Below are positions 48,012 through 58,681 of a DNA stretch of 64,000 nt, piece by piece. How positions within the stretch are numbered: position 1 is the first letter of the stretch; the number at the start of each line of letters is the position of its first letter. The notes beneath the pieces were generated by a model. That model was not told the DNA's origin. It did not search any database and saw only the letters and a list, made by a program, of their open reading frames with translations. The stretch comes from an uncultured delta proteobacterium (GTDB lineage: Bacteria > Desulfobacterota > Binatia > UBA9968), in the NCBI GenBank assembly GCA_963727625.1, contig CAVSHR010000004.1, positions 1-64,000 on the forward strand, in the 5' to 3' direction. The position numbers were made by a program, and so were the translations under genes.

Positions 48012-49634
48012 ATGGCTACGCCCGATTTCGTTTATCAAGATCCATTGCCGCTTGAAAAGGATACCACTGAATATCGGCTTCTGACCAAGGAATACGTGTC
48101 CGTCACCAAGTTCGACGGCAAGGAAATTTTAAAAGTCGAACCCGAAGCTTTGACCCTGCTCGCCAACGCGGCGCTACGCGATGTCTCGTTCTTGCTGCGC
48201 ACGGCGCATTTGGAAAAGGTCGCGGCGATTCTCAAGGATCCGCAAGCTTCGGACAACGACCGTTATGTCGCCCTGGCGATGCTGCGCAACGCGGATACGG
48301 CGGCCAAGGGCATCCTGCCGTTTTGCCAGGATACCGGCACGGCGATCATCCTCGGCAAAAAGGGCCAACAAGTTTGGACCGGCGTCAAGGACGAAAAGTA
48401 TATCGCCGAGGGAGTTTATAAAACCTACACGGAAGAAAACCTGCGCTACTCGCAGAGCGCGCCTCTCAACATGTACGATGAAGTTGATACCGGCACCAAT
48501 CTGCCGGCGCAGATCGAAATTATGGCCACGGACGGAATGGCCTATCAGTTTCTGTTCGTCACCAAGGGCGGCGGCTCGGCCAACAAAACGATGCTCTATC
48601 AAGAGACCAAAGCGCTGCTCAATCCGGCGAGTCTGGAAAAGTTTCTTACCGAAAAGATGAAGACTTTGGGCACGGCCGGTTGCCCGCCTTATCATTTGGC
48701 GTTTGTCATCGGTGGTACTTCGGCTGAGGCGTGCCTCAAGACCGTCAAACTGGCCAGCACCGGCTACTTGGATCACCTGCCGACGACGGGAAACGCGCAG
48801 GGGCGAGGGTTTCGCGATACCGATATGGAAAACCGAATGCTCGAACAAGCGTACAAGTCCGGCTACGGCGCGCAATTCGGTGGAAAATACTTCGCGTTGG
48901 ATGTGCGGGTGATTCGCCTGCCGCGTCACGGCGCTTCCTGTCCGGTGGGCATGGGTGTTTCCTGTTCAGCGGATCGCAACGCCAAAGCGAAGATCAACAA
49001 AGACGGTATCTGGCTGGAGGAGTTGGAGCGAAACCCTGGGCGCCTGATTCCGGAAGAATATCGCGGCAAAGTCGCCAGCAACGTGGTTAAAGTCGATATC
49101 AACCGGCCGATGAAGGAAATTCTCGCGCAGCTCAGTAAGTATCCGGTGACCACGCAGTTATCGCTGACCGGCACGATGGTCGTGGCGCGCGATATCGCTC
49201 ATGCGAAACTGAAAGAGCGTTTGGGTAGCGGTCAAGGTTTGCCCCAGTATGTGAAAGATCATCCGATTTATTACGCCGGTCCGGCCAAGACGCCGAAAGG
49301 AATGCCCTCCGGCTCCTTCGGACCGACCACGGCCGGGCGCATGGACTCATACGTCGATCTCTTTCAGTCGCATGGCGGCGCGCTGATCACGCTGGCCAAG
49401 GGCAACCGCAGCCAGCAGGTCACCGACGCCTGCAAAAAATACGGCGGCTTCTATCTCGGCTCCATCGGCGGCCCAGCGGCGATTCTCGCCAAGGAAAATA
49501 TAAAAAAAGTCGAAGTGCTCGAGTATCCCGAGCTCGGCATGGAAGCGATCTGGAAGATCGAGGTCGAAGATTTTCCGGCGTTTATCCTGGTCGACGACAA
49601 AGGCAACGATTTTTTCAAGCAGATCCTGCACTAA
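48012..49634 (+). CDS. fumA: Class I (Fe-S) fumarate hydratase
   Basis: [40 protein letters not shown]. Confidence 0.95.
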   Translation: MATPDFVYQDPLPLEKDTTEYRLLTKEYVSVTKFDGKEILKVEPEALTLLANAALRDVSFLLRTAHLEKVAAILKDPQASDNDRYVALAMLRNADTAAKGILPFCQDTGTAIILGKKGQQVWTGVKDEKYIAEGVYKTYTEENLRYSQSAPLNMYDEVDTGTNLPAQIEIMATDGMAYQFLFVTKGGGSANKTMLYQETKALLNPASLEKFLTEKMKTLGTAGCPPYHLAFVIGGTSAEACLKTVKLASTGYLDHLPTTGNAQGRGFRDTDMENRMLEQAYKSGYGAQFGGKYFALDVRVIRLPRHGASCPVGMGVSCSADRNAKAKINKDGIWLEELERNPGRLIPEEYRGKVASNVVKVDINRPMKEILAQLSKYPVTTQLSLTGTMVVARDIAHAKLKERLGSGQGLPQYVKDHPIYYAGPAKTPKGMPSGSFGPTTAGRMDSYVDLFQSHGGALITLAKGNRSQQVTDACKKYGGFYLGSIGGPAAILAKENIKKVEVLEYPELGMEAIWKIEVEDFPAFILVDDKGNDFFKQILH

Positions 49635-49640
49635 TGAAAT

Positions 49641-49672
49641 TGTCCCGCACCGGTTACTTCGGTGCGGGGACA
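49641..49672. terminator. Hairpin between convergent genes (probable bidirectional terminator)
   Basis: TGTCCCGCACCGG-TTAC-TTCGGTGCGGGGACA. Confidence 0.55.
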
Positions 49673-49694
49673 GGCAACTCGCTCGACGCCGACT

Positions 49695-50291
49695 TCAGGA
49701 GAAATCCTCCAATTCGAAGCGGTCTGAGCTCACCGAGCGTCCTTCGACACGAACATCGTCGCCTTCGCGCAGGCGATTGAAACGATCGATCACCGACCGC
49801 GGCGCATTGAAGGGGACCGCAACGACAACCAAGCGATTGCGCCGATCGCGAATCTCGAAGGTGCCGCGTCGTCGATCGATGTATTCGACTCTTCCCTCGA
49901 CGCGGTCAAGCCGTCCGACACCGCCTCTGCCGGTTCGATCCTGCACGCTTTCTCTGACGGTGATTGTGTCGGTGTAATTTCGGCCGTCGCGGCCCTGCTG
50001 AAATCGAGCCGCAATATAGTCGCCTCGTTCCAAATTGGCGACAGGGTAAGTGCGCTGGCGATAAACGACCTGGGTTCTGTCATCGTAGCGAACAACTGCG
50101 TTGCGTCCGGAATCCGTGCGGACGTCAATTTCCCGGGCTTGCGGATCAATATTCTCCACCTCACCGACAATATCGCCGGTGCCGATGCCGCCATAATCGC
50201 CAATGCCGTCTATGTGTCCCAGTTCGTGGCAGCCGGCGAAGGCCACCGCCGCCAGAAAGACGATCCCCAGCCAGCGTATTACTGATTTCAT
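49695..50291 (-). CDS. Lipoprotein with two repeated beta-barrel (DUF5666-like) domains
   Basis: Lipobox FAGC. Repeated GEVENID/GRVEYID...LERGD/LREGD units. Confidence 0.75.
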   Translation of the reverse strand: MKSVIRWLGIVFLAAVAFAGCHELGHIDGIGDYGGIGTGDIVGEVENIDPQAREIDVRTDSGRNAVVRYDDRTQVVYRQRTYPVANLERGDYIAARFQQGRDGRNYTDTITVRESVQDRTGRGGVGRLDRVEGRVEYIDRRRGTFEIRDRRNRLVVVAVPFNAPRSVIDRFNRLREGDDVRVEGRSVSSDRFELEDFS

Positions 50292-50617
50292 CGTTTCCCT
50301 CCTCTGGCGGTGGAATTGTCTGCTCAGTTCCACGCCGTACGGATTGAAAAATTTAACGATTCATTTAAAGCATGAAATCTTTTGAGTCTGAGTAGTTTGC
50401 TCTTAAATTTAGACATAGCTTTAAATCTATCCGATTTCGACAAGACCGACTTATTTCCATTCGACGAACGGCGATCCATGAAGTTACCGCAGCCAAATTG
50501 CTGGGCACGAGTTTTTGCCGGGCGTTCGAAAACGTCAAAAGGGAAAACAGGAGGGACGACCGGGCTGGTCGTCCCTTGATAGATTGACAATTAAAATAAA
50601 CCGCCTGGAGTGGGCGG

Positions 50618-51700
50618 TTACAAACAGTAAAGTTTTGCGGCATTCTCGCCCATGATTTTTGCTTTAAGGGCGTCCGAGAGGTCTTTCCGCTCCATGACTT
50701 CTTCAACGGTGTGGGGAAATTTGGAGTCACTGTGATTGTAGTCGGTGGCGAAGACCAGGCGGCCGGCGCCGACAAACTCCGCAACGTAGGGCAGCATCTT
50801 TTCTTCCATCTCGAAGGCGTAGAACATCTGGCCGCTCTTCATGTATTCGCTGGGCGGCTTGGTGAGCCAGGGCACGGTGGGCTGGAGAATTTCGTAGTGC
50901 TCGTCGAGCCGTTCCATCCAGTAGGGCACCCAGCCGCAACCCGCCTCCATGAAGGCAAATCTCAAGCGTGGAAAACGTTCCAGCAAGCCCCCGGCGACGA
51001 CGCAAAGCGCCGCGATCATTTGCTCGAAAGGGTGCGCCATGGCATGCGTAAACAAGGGATGATCAAAACGCTCGGTGGCCGCCGGCACGCCATCACCGGC
51101 GCCGACATGGATGCACACCGGCACGTTGAGGCGCTCGGCCTCGGCAAAGAACGGAAACAGATCGGGGTCGTCGAGATTTTTCTTCGACGCGGAGGTTGGC
51201 GGCGCAGCGACCGCGACAAATCCAAGCTCTTCCACCGCCCGTCGCAATTCCTTGACCGACTCCACCGGGTCTTGAATGGCGACCGCTGCCACGCCCTTGA
51301 GGCGTCGCGGGTCGGCGCTGCAATAACTGGCCAGCCAATTGTTGTAGACGCGGGCAATGGCGCAGGCGAGATCTTTGTCCTCCGCGAAGGGCAGGCTTAA
51401 AAACGGCGAAGTGCCGAACAGCACCGCGGTATCGATGCTTTCCAAATCCATGTCTTTGAGCCGTTGCTTGGGGTCGACCATGCCGGTCGTGGGTTGGGGA
51501 TGGTGGCTGCGCGGCGCGCCGACGAAGCTGCAACCTTTACCCACCGGCTTGGGCGTCAATTTCCCGTCGATCATCACGAACGTAAAACCGCGATTGTCCT
51601 TAACCGTCCTCGGCGCGCGGTCGCGAAAGGGCGCGTCAATCAGATCCGCCCAAGGGATATCCCGTTCCAGTACATGTCCGTCGGCATCAATAATGCGCAT
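50618..51700 (-). CDS. Amidohydrolase_2 family metal-dependent hydrolase/decarboxylase
   Basis: IDADGH, CIH, FMEAGCGW, FATDYNH motifs. Confidence 0.9.
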   Translation of the reverse strand: MRIIDADGHVLERDIPWADLIDAPFRDRAPRTVKDNRGFTFVMIDGKLTPKPVGKGCSFVGAPRSHHPQPTTGMVDPKQRLKDMDLESIDTAVLFGTSPFLSLPFAEDKDLACAIARVYNNWLASYCSADPRRLKGVAAVAIQDPVESVKELRRAVEELGFVAVAAPPTSASKKNLDDPDLFPFFAEAERLNVPVCIHVGAGDGVPAATERFDHPLFTHAMAHPFEQMIAALCVVAGGLLERFPRLRFAFMEAGCGWVPYWMERLDEHYEILQPTVPWLTKPPSEYMKSGQMFYAFEMEEKMLPYVAEFVGAGRLVFATDYNHSDSKFPHTVEEVMERKDLSDALKAKIMGENAAKLYCL

Positions 51701-51837
51701 AGCCTGTTCCTCGATTACTGTTTAGTTTGAGGTTTTTGTTTATTTCAGCGCGGGCAAAAATTCCAACCGAGCCTCGGCGCGCGCATGCGCCTGCTGGCCG
51801 CATCCACGTTGGCGCCGAATTATTTTAATTCAAAGAG

Positions 51838-52863
51838 CTATTTTACCTGGCCAGGAAAGAGTTTGGCGGCGTAGTCGTGATTTACTTCCTTGATCAGCGT
51901 ATTGTCGTAAAAACGCTCGGTGTCTAACTTGGCGGCTTTGGGATTTTTGGAAAAATCGAGCACCAATCGAATCGCTTCCGGATCGACGGTCATGTCTTTG
52001 TTCCAAACCTTCGCCCCTGCCTGATAGCTTTCTTCCAAGAGCTTGGCATCGTTAATTTTACTTTTCTGGCTGAGAACCTTCCGCGCGTAGGCTGGGTCGT
52101 CGAGGCAGCGCTTGACGCCGTCCAGGTAGCCCATCAGAAATATTCTCAAAGTGTTGGGGTTTTTCTGGACAAAGGATCGCGCCACCCCGGTGCCGGGCCC
52201 GATAATCTTAAGCCCCCGGTCGTAAAAATCGATGATCACCGGGAAGCCTTTGCTGCGCGCCACTTCGGTTTGCGGCGGCGTGATGATCACGCCGTCGGCA
52301 TTACTGACGAGAAAAGTCGACAGAGCATCCGGCGGACCCTTGTGGTAGAGGAGCTTGATGTCTTTGCCGATTTCCATGCCGTGCTCCTTGGCGGTCTTGC
52401 GCATGGCGATCTCGCCGAATGCGCCCACCGAAGTGGTCGCCACCGATTTGCCGCGCAAGCTCTCGAAAGTCGTCAGTCCCTTTTGGCCGAATAATACTAA
52501 AGTGCTGCGGTCCACCGACGCGGCGATATAGATGATATCCGAGCCGCCGACGTGAGCATGGATCGTCGCGGCACCGCCCTGATAGATATCGATTTTTCCG
52601 GATACCAGTGCTTGCGCCGACGCGGTCGCGCTCAACCGGCTGATGTGGACATTGACCCCGCGTTTTGAAAAATCGCCGGCTTCCTGGGCGAGAAGTATCG
52701 GAAGATAAAGCGGTCCGTAGGCCGCGATGGCCACTTCAAGGCGGTTCTTCTCGGGCTTAAGTTCTCCGCTCTCGGCTGCGTTTAGCACGCTGTGGAATAA
52801 TGCCAGAAACCCTAGGGCGATGAGGATTAAGAACTTGAACGATCTTGTGTTAGTTTGCGACAT
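51838..52863 (-). CDS. ABC solute-binding protein (NMT1/THI5/SsuA-like)
   Basis: Signal peptide, YLPILLAQEAG, LRGKSVA, FYDNTLI. Confidence 0.85.
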   Translation of the reverse strand: MSQTNTRSFKFLILIALGFLALFHSVLNAAESGELKPEKNRLEVAIAAYGPLYLPILLAQEAGDFSKRGVNVHISRLSATASAQALVSGKIDIYQGGAATIHAHVGGSDIIYIAASVDRSTLVLFGQKGLTTFESLRGKSVATTSVGAFGEIAMRKTAKEHGMEIGKDIKLLYHKGPPDALSTFLVSNADGVIITPPQTEVARSKGFPVIIDFYDRGLKIIGPGTGVARSFVQKNPNTLRIFLMGYLDGVKRCLDDPAYARKVLSQKSKINDAKLLEESYQAGAKVWNKDMTVDPEAIRLVLDFSKNPKAAKLDTERFYDNTLIKEVNHDYAAKLFPGQVK

Positions 52864-53010
52864 TGCGATTTCTCCAGATAACAATTCCAATTAACTCACT
52901 TGGGCGCCAGGATGGCAGACTGGAACATTAGTTTGAGTCAAGAGCATATCTAAGGCCATACCGGAAGTCGTGCAAAATTGAAAGAGAGTTCAAGATAGTC
53001 TGCGTCCTAT

Positions 53011-53616
53011 TTACAGAATCGCGTCAACCGACGGCCGCGTTTTCATGCGCTCGAGCCAAGCGCCCAGGCGCGGCAATGACGGCGTCGGCAGGGCGCCATA
53101 GCTCTCCGCGCGTAGCAGGCGGGGCAGGATGGCGATGTCGGTAAGACTGAGTTTGCCAAGGAAGAAAGCCTGATCGCCCAGCGCAGCTTCGAGGTATTGG
53201 AGCAGGTCGCGCAAGCCTCGGCGCTTTTCGTCGATTATTTTCGGGTCACGCTCGGCCGCAGGTTTGCGCATCTCGCCGCGCAAATCCCAGTAAGGGGCGT
53301 GGGTGTAGTTGATCGCGTAATCGGTCAGCACGCGTCCGCGCGCGCGCAGGTAGGGGTCGTTCGGCATCAGCGGCGGGGTCGGATATTTTTCGTCCAGATA
53401 TTCGTTGATGATACAGGACTCGAACAGCACCTTGCCGTCCTCGACGAGCACGGGAATCTTGCCATAGGGATTGAGCTTGAGAAAATCCGGCTGCTTTTGC
53501 TCGCGGGCGGCGAGCCGCACCGGCACGCCATCCCAGCTGAGGCCCTTTTCGGCCAGCGCGATTTTGACGCGATCGCAGTTCGATGACGGAACGTCGTGAT
53601 AGAGCGTGATGGACAT
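53011..53616 (-). CDS. Glutathione S-transferase family protein
   Basis: LNPYGKIPVL, LFESCIINEYLDE, SLTDI. Confidence 0.93.
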   Translation of the reverse strand: MSITLYHDVPSSNCDRVKIALAEKGLSWDGVPVRLAAREQKQPDFLKLNPYGKIPVLVEDGKVLFESCIINEYLDEKYPTPPLMPNDPYLRARGRVLTDYAINYTHAPYWDLRGEMRKPAAERDPKIIDEKRRGLRDLLQYLEAALGDQAFFLGKLSLTDIAILPRLLRAESYGALPTPSLPRLGAWLERMKTRPSVDAIL

Positions 53617-53747
53617 AGTTATCCTCCTATCGTGTACGTTGAGGGTCTAAAAGTCGGCCCATTTTTTCTACTATCAAGAAATCCAAGATTTGTAACCAGC
53701 GGGTAGCAATGTCGTTTGGATCGAAAGTGGAATCGCGCCTGAAAAAA

Positions 53748-53815
53748 GATTCCCGGCTCCGCTCGGAATGATATATTTTGTGCGTGGGATGTCACCCCGA
53801 ACAAAGAGAGGGATC
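53748..53815. repeat. REP-like dyad element (copy 1)
   Basis: GATTCCCGGCTCCGCTCGGAATGA...GTCACCCCGAAC..GAGAGGGATC; similar to the element at 59983-60050. Confidence 0.55.
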
Positions 53816-53832
53816 GATAGCCAAGCCAGAAC

Positions 53833-54750
53833 TCACTGGCGCACGCGCTTACTGACCAACAACACGGAGCCGATGATCAAGCCGGCGGCGAGCAAGCTGC
53901 GCAGGGTAAGAATTTCATTGCCGAGAAAATAACCGAGGAGGATTGCCACAAGGGGATTCACGTAGGAATAGGTCGCGACCAGCGTTATCGGTGCGACGCG
54001 GAGCAGCCACGCGTAAGAAATGAAAGCGGCCGGGCCGACCAAGGTCAAGTAGGTCCAAGCATAGACCGAACGCGAAGAAATTGCGCTCCAATCGAAATCG
54101 GCAAATTCGCCGAAGCCGTAGGCAAGCAATATCTGGGCGGCACCGCCCACCATCATTTCGATGCCTGTGGTCAGCAATGGCGAAGTGGGCAGTATAGAGG
54201 CCTTGCCATAGATCGAACCGATGGCCCAGAAGCAAGACGCTACGAGGACGACGATGGCGCCATGAAGATTTTCCACGCTGGCCTGATTGGCGGTCCAGCC
54301 GATCAGCAACACGGCGCCGCAAAAACCGATCATGATGCCGAGCAGAGCGACTCTGCTCGGTTGCTCGCCGCCGGGACGAAGAGCGTCGATCAAAATCATC
54401 CAGAGCGGCACGGTGGCGACCAATAACGCGGCGAGGCTGGAAGGAATGAACTGCGCCGCCCAGACCACGCCGCCATTGCCGCCGACCAATAAAAAGATTC
54501 CGATGATCGAAGCGTTGCGCCAATGGGTTGGCGTCGGATTCGGATCCCCGGCAAGACGGCGCCAAACGTACAAAAATGCGCCAGAGATGGTAAAGCGCGC
54601 CGCAGCCGATAAAAATGGCGGGATGGTTTCTACGGCGAATCGGATGGCGAGATAAGTCGAGCCCCAGATAAGATATACAGCCGCTAGCGCTGTCCATATC
54701 CCCAGCGCGGTCGCGCGATATTGCGCCGCCGGAGCGGCAGCTTGATTCAC
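53833..54750 (-). CDS. yedA: EamA/DMT transporter (YedA-like)
   Basis: VYLIWGSTYLAIR, ATVPLW, TYSYVNPLVA. The GTG start overlaps the ogt stop codon. Confidence 0.85.
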   Translation of the reverse strand: MNQAAAPAAQYRATALGIWTALAAVYLIWGSTYLAIRFAVETIPPFLSAAARFTISGAFLYVWRRLAGDPNPTPTHWRNASIIGIFLLVGGNGGVVWAAQFIPSSLAALLVATVPLWMILIDALRPGGEQPSRVALLGIMIGFCGAVLLIGWTANQASVENLHGAIVVLVASCFWAIGSIYGKASILPTSPLLTTGIEMMVGGAAQILLAYGFGEFADFDWSAISSRSVYAWTYLTLVGPAAFISYAWLLRVAPITLVATYSYVNPLVAILLGYFLGNEILTLRSLLAAGLIIGSVLLVSKRVRQ

Positions 54751-55376
54751 AGGATTGCGCCCTCCAATCGCAGCAGCCAGTGTTTGGCGGGAAGGCCCGC
54801 ACCACCGCTGTAGCCGCCGAGACTGCCGTCGCTGGCGATGATCCGGTGGCACGGGATAACGATCGGCACAGGGTTGCGAGCCAACGCTTGGCCCACCGGC
54901 CGGCTGGATTTCGGCCGTCCCATTTCTTGGGCGACCCGCTGGTAGGTCCAAACCTGGCCCGGCGCGATGCGGCAAGCCACGTCGAGCACGCCACGTTGAA
55001 AAGGGGTGAGTGCGGACAGGTCAACCGGCAGATCGAACGCAACGCGCTTTCCGGAAAAATATTCCGTCAATTGTTCGAGCGTGCGACGCACGGCTTTAGG
55101 GTCTTGATCGAGCCGGGCCTGCGGGTCGAGGCGCGCTAGAAAATCGGCTTCACTTCCACCGAAATCCACTGCACAAAGACCGCGGTCGCTCACCGCGACG
55201 AAAAGCCTGCCCAACGGAGAGTTCATTTCGCCCCAGCGAATCAACGGCGCTTCTTTTGCGAACCAGCGTCTCACTCGTGCCTGGGAATGCGCGAGTGCCG
55301 CCGCTGGCGGTTTGTTGAATGCCGAGCGCAAGCACTTGATCGTTGCCGCTTCGCTAAGCCGGTGTATTTTGGTCAT
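54747..55376 (-). CDS. ogt: Methylated-DNA--protein-cysteine methyltransferase with N-terminal extension
   Basis: TPFQRGV, TYQRVA, NPVPIVIPCHR, LGGYSGG. Confidence 0.92.
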   Translation of the reverse strand: MTKIHRLSEAATIKCLRSAFNKPPAAALAHSQARVRRWFAKEAPLIRWGEMNSPLGRLFVAVSDRGLCAVDFGGSEADFLARLDPQARLDQDPKAVRRTLEQLTEYFSGKRVAFDLPVDLSALTPFQRGVLDVACRIAPGQVWTYQRVAQEMGRPKSSRPVGQALARNPVPIVIPCHRIIASDGSLGGYSGGAGLPAKHWLLRLEGAIL

Positions 55377-55876
55377 AGCTCCTCCTTGAGCGCGGCGCGC
55401 AGGCGCTGGATCGCCTGGTATACGTTGGCGCGCGCGCTCGCTTCCGAACAGTTCAAGATCTCAGCGATTTCGGCGTAGTCCAAGTCTTGCAGATATCGCA
55501 GCGTGATACAGGTTTTTTGTTTGGCCGGTAGACTGCCGACGAATATTCGCACTCGTGCCGCAAGATTTTCTGAATCGGCACTGACGCAAGATTTGATCGC
55601 ATTACGCTCGCGTTCGGTAAACTTCGCGCGCCAATTCTTTACCCGGCGCAACCTGGTCAATGCGCAGTTCGTGGCAATCTTGTAGAGCCACGCTCTGGGA
55701 TTGCTGTCCAGCCGTAGCCGGTCGTAGTTTTCATAGGCGCGCAAGAAAACGTCTTGGACGAGATCTTCCACATCCAACGCTACGTCCGAGCCTCGCTGTT
55801 TTCCCAGGAGCCGCCAAAGATAGGCGAATAGCTCGTCGTGATGCCGGTCGATCAATTGCTCAAAGCGCAATGCCAT
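55373..55876 (-). CDS. ECF RNA polymerase sigma factor
   Basis: EDLVQDVFLRAY, AWLYKIATN (region 2); YAEIAEIL (region 4). Stop codon overlaps the ogt start. Confidence 0.92.
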   Translation of the reverse strand: MALRFEQLIDRHHDELFAYLWRLLGKQRGSDVALDVEDLVQDVFLRAYENYDRLRLDSNPRAWLYKIATNCALTRLRRVKNWRAKFTERERNAIKSCVSADSENLAARVRIFVGSLPAKQKTCITLRYLQDLDYAEIAEILNCSEASARANVYQAIQRLRAALKEEL

Positions 55877-56024
55877 TCCAAGTATCCGATCTATACCGAT
55901 ATAACTATCGACGGGACCCTTTGTGAAAGCGCGCGTTGGATATTGTTAGAAAAAAATGATGAACGCTCTGTGCGAAACGCTGCGCGGCAGGAACTCAGAA
56001 AGCAGGTGACTGCCAGATCAAGTA

Positions 56025-56483
56025 CTAAATTTCGGCCGCCATGCCCTTTTTCTTCAATTCTTCAATGGCGCCGGTGGTCTTGGCGATGGGCACTACACCC
56101 ATGCCCGAAAGTATTTGCGGCGCTTTGGTGAATTGACAGTCGTCGTAGGGCACGACTTCGATGCGGTTGCCCCAGGGATCGAGAATGTTGACGCGCTCGT
56201 TGACGCTTTTGATGCCGAGGCGGTCCATGGCGCGTTTCACGGCTTCCCGATCGTCGACGACCAAGCCGAAGTGTCGCTTGGTGTCGGCAACTTGACTTCG
56301 GCCGAGCGTGAGTTGGATGAACTGGTCGCCCAGATCGATGAACGCGTTGCGATCGCTCTTGCCGCGCAAAGTGAATTCGAAGATCGATCCGTAGAATTCC
56401 AGCGCCTTGTCCAAGTCGTCTACTTCAAGCACGACATGGTTGATTCCCAGGGCCCGCGCTTTGCTTTCGCTTGCCTCACTCAT
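56025..56483 (-). CDS. VOC/glyoxalase family protein
   Basis: GINHVVLEV, RHFGLVVDD, DPWGNRIEVV. Confidence 0.88.
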   Translation of the reverse strand: MSEASESKARALGINHVVLEVDDLDKALEFYGSIFEFTLRGKSDRNAFIDLGDQFIQLTLGRSQVADTKRHFGLVVDDREAVKRAMDRLGIKSVNERVNILDPWGNRIEVVPYDDCQFTKAPQILSGMGVVPIAKTTGAIEELKKKGMAAEI

Positions 56484-56716
56484 GGATTTGGTCCTTTTCT
56501 TGGCTTGCCTATTTATTCATTTGAGGTTGTGCCGGTGAATGCAGAAATCGTTTGATGCACCATCGCATCTCCGGCGTAACCTGCTCGACCCGGCGATTCC
56601 ATCTTCACAGTCGTTTTATACCATGAGGAAAGATGCTTTGGTAAAGAAGATCTTCTTTGAGCGGAAATGGCGTCAAAATCAATGACTGGGTGCAACCGGT
56701 GCGAACGCAAGTGTAC

Positions 56717-56755
56717 ACCGGCGGAGCGCAATCGACCGGTTGAGCTCCGCCGGTG
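56717..56755. terminator. GC-rich hairpin downstream of cpaF
   Basis: ACCGGCGGAGC...GCTCCGCCGGT inverted repeat. Confidence 0.5.
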
Positions 56756-56807
56756 GGTGGAAAACGGCTCTTTCCGAGCGTGTCGAGGCTCTTCGACTCT
56801 ATGTCAA

Positions 56808-58175
56808 CTAAGCGCTCTTCTTTGAACGATTGACATCCTTTGGCAGGAAATAAGCCGGCGGGATTTTGAAGCCGTACCGTTCTACCCGCTTCATGAATGT
56901 AGGCATCACGCCGGTGGCATAAAAATCGCCGATTACTTTTCCATCCTCGTCCACGTCCACCTGGTTGAAGCCGTAGATCGTTTGGGTCGTGATCGCGTTG
57001 CCCTCCATGCCGGTGACTTCAGCCATCTCGACGAGCTTCCGCGTGCCGTCGCTCAAACGAGCCAGCTGGACGACGATGTCCAACGCCGAAGCGATTTGCT
57101 CCCGCAACGCTCGATCAGGGAGGCCGAAGCCGGCCATGAGCATCATGGTTTCCAGCCGGGAGAGAGCGTCACGGGCGCCGTTGGCGTGAATGGTGCTGAT
57201 GGATCCGTCGTGGCCGGTATTCATCGCCTGCATCATGTCGAGCGCTTCGCCGCCTCGCACTTCACCGACAACGATGCGGTCGGGCCGCATGCGCAGGCTA
57301 TTGCGCACCAAATCACGCTGCGTCACCATTCCGATGCCTTCGATATTCGGCGGGCGGGTCTCCAGCCGCAGCACGTGCCTCTGCTGCAACTTGAGCTCAG
57401 CGGAATCTTCGATGGTCACGATTCGTTCTGTGGCCGGAATATAGTTCGATAGGCAGTTAAGTAGTGTGGTCTTCCCCGAACCGGTTCCACCTGAGATCAA
57501 GATGTTCAAACGCGCCTTGACGCACGCCTCTAAGACCTCGGCAATGTGCGGCGGCACGGAATTCAACCTGATCAGGTTGTTCATGGTCAAGCGATCGACG
57601 CCGAACCGTCGAATCGACAAAATCGGGCCGTCCAACGCAAGCGGCGGAATGATGGCGTTTACCCGCGACCCGTCAGGCAGGCGGGCATCAACCATGGGCG
57701 AGTGTTCGTCGACTCGGCGACCGACCGCGGTGACGATTCGTTCGATGATTTGCATCAAGTGCGCATCGTCACGAAAGCGCACGTTGGTCTCTTCAAGTTT
57801 GCCGTGGCGCTCGACATAAATGCTGGCGTAGTTGTTAACCAGAATGTCGGAAATTTCGGGGTCTGCCATCAGCCCTTGCAGCGGACCGAGGCCAAAAATT
57901 TCGTGTTCGATTTCAACCACCAGGCGCCTACGATCGTAAAGGCTCAGTGCCAACGGCTCCGACATGACCATGTCTTCAAGGATGCGACGAACGTCCGACT
58001 CAATTCGGGGGGATTCCCGCCCGGAGATTTTGCTTAAATCGATGGTATCGAGAAGCTTGCGATGAATTCGCAGTTTGAGCTTTTCGTAGGTTTCATGGCC
58101 GAGCGGCGTCCCGGCCAAGCTCAATGGGCCGAGATCGTCTCTTTCGTCGGTTAATTGCTTCAATGGAGTTTTCAT
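56808..58175 (-). CDS. cpaF: Tad/Flp pilus assembly ATPase CpaF/TadA
   Basis: [53 protein letters not shown]. Confidence 0.93.
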   Translation of the reverse strand: MKTPLKQLTDERDDLGPLSLAGTPLGHETYEKLKLRIHRKLLDTIDLSKISGRESPRIESDVRRILEDMVMSEPLALSLYDRRRLVVEIEHEIFGLGPLQGLMADPEISDILVNNYASIYVERHGKLEETNVRFRDDAHLMQIIERIVTAVGRRVDEHSPMVDARLPDGSRVNAIIPPLALDGPILSIRRFGVDRLTMNNLIRLNSVPPHIAEVLEACVKARLNILISGGTGSGKTTLLNCLSNYIPATERIVTIEDSAELKLQQRHVLRLETRPPNIEGIGMVTQRDLVRNSLRMRPDRIVVGEVRGGEALDMMQAMNTGHDGSISTIHANGARDALSRLETMMLMAGFGLPDRALREQIASALDIVVQLARLSDGTRKLVEMAEVTGMEGNAITTQTIYGFNQVDVDEDGKVIGDFYATGVMPTFMKRVERYGFKIPPAYFLPKDVNRSKKSA

Positions 58176-58681
58176 GTATCGCCTCCGTTCGAGCCGCTCG
58201 TCCATTGGGGAATTGACGCAACGGCCGTGCCATTATCCTAAGGGGAGTTTCGGCATCTTGAAAACGCCATCAAACCGAAGTCACGGGGTGAAGTCGCCTC
58301 GCGCCCCGCGACATCTACAAGGCAAAACAAAAATTCCGGGTATTTAGAATCGTTCCCGAGACCAAGTACGACGTAAAGCCTTCCACGAGTGCCTTCAACC
58401 CTATTGAGTGTGATGAAAGTCAGCCAAGGCTTGAATCGTTCGCGGTATGCTCCCGTGCGTGCGCACATAGCGTTTTGAATACTCTCGTGCTTGACAATTT
58501 AACAGCGCTAAATTCCCATTGTTGCGAGTTAAGCTTCAAGTATTCTCAAAGAATAAGCGGGCGCCTATGGCGATCAAGGCACCACCATCCAGGCACAATT
58601 TACGGTGAAGTCGAAGCGCCCGGGCAGGCCACTCAACCGACCCAGCTGTAACTTAAGCGAGAAAATGCACTGGCAATTCCC

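Noticed and set aside
53915-55042. 375-aa ORF overlapping EamA/ogt
   Set aside because: Out-of-frame overlap with two well-supported genes.
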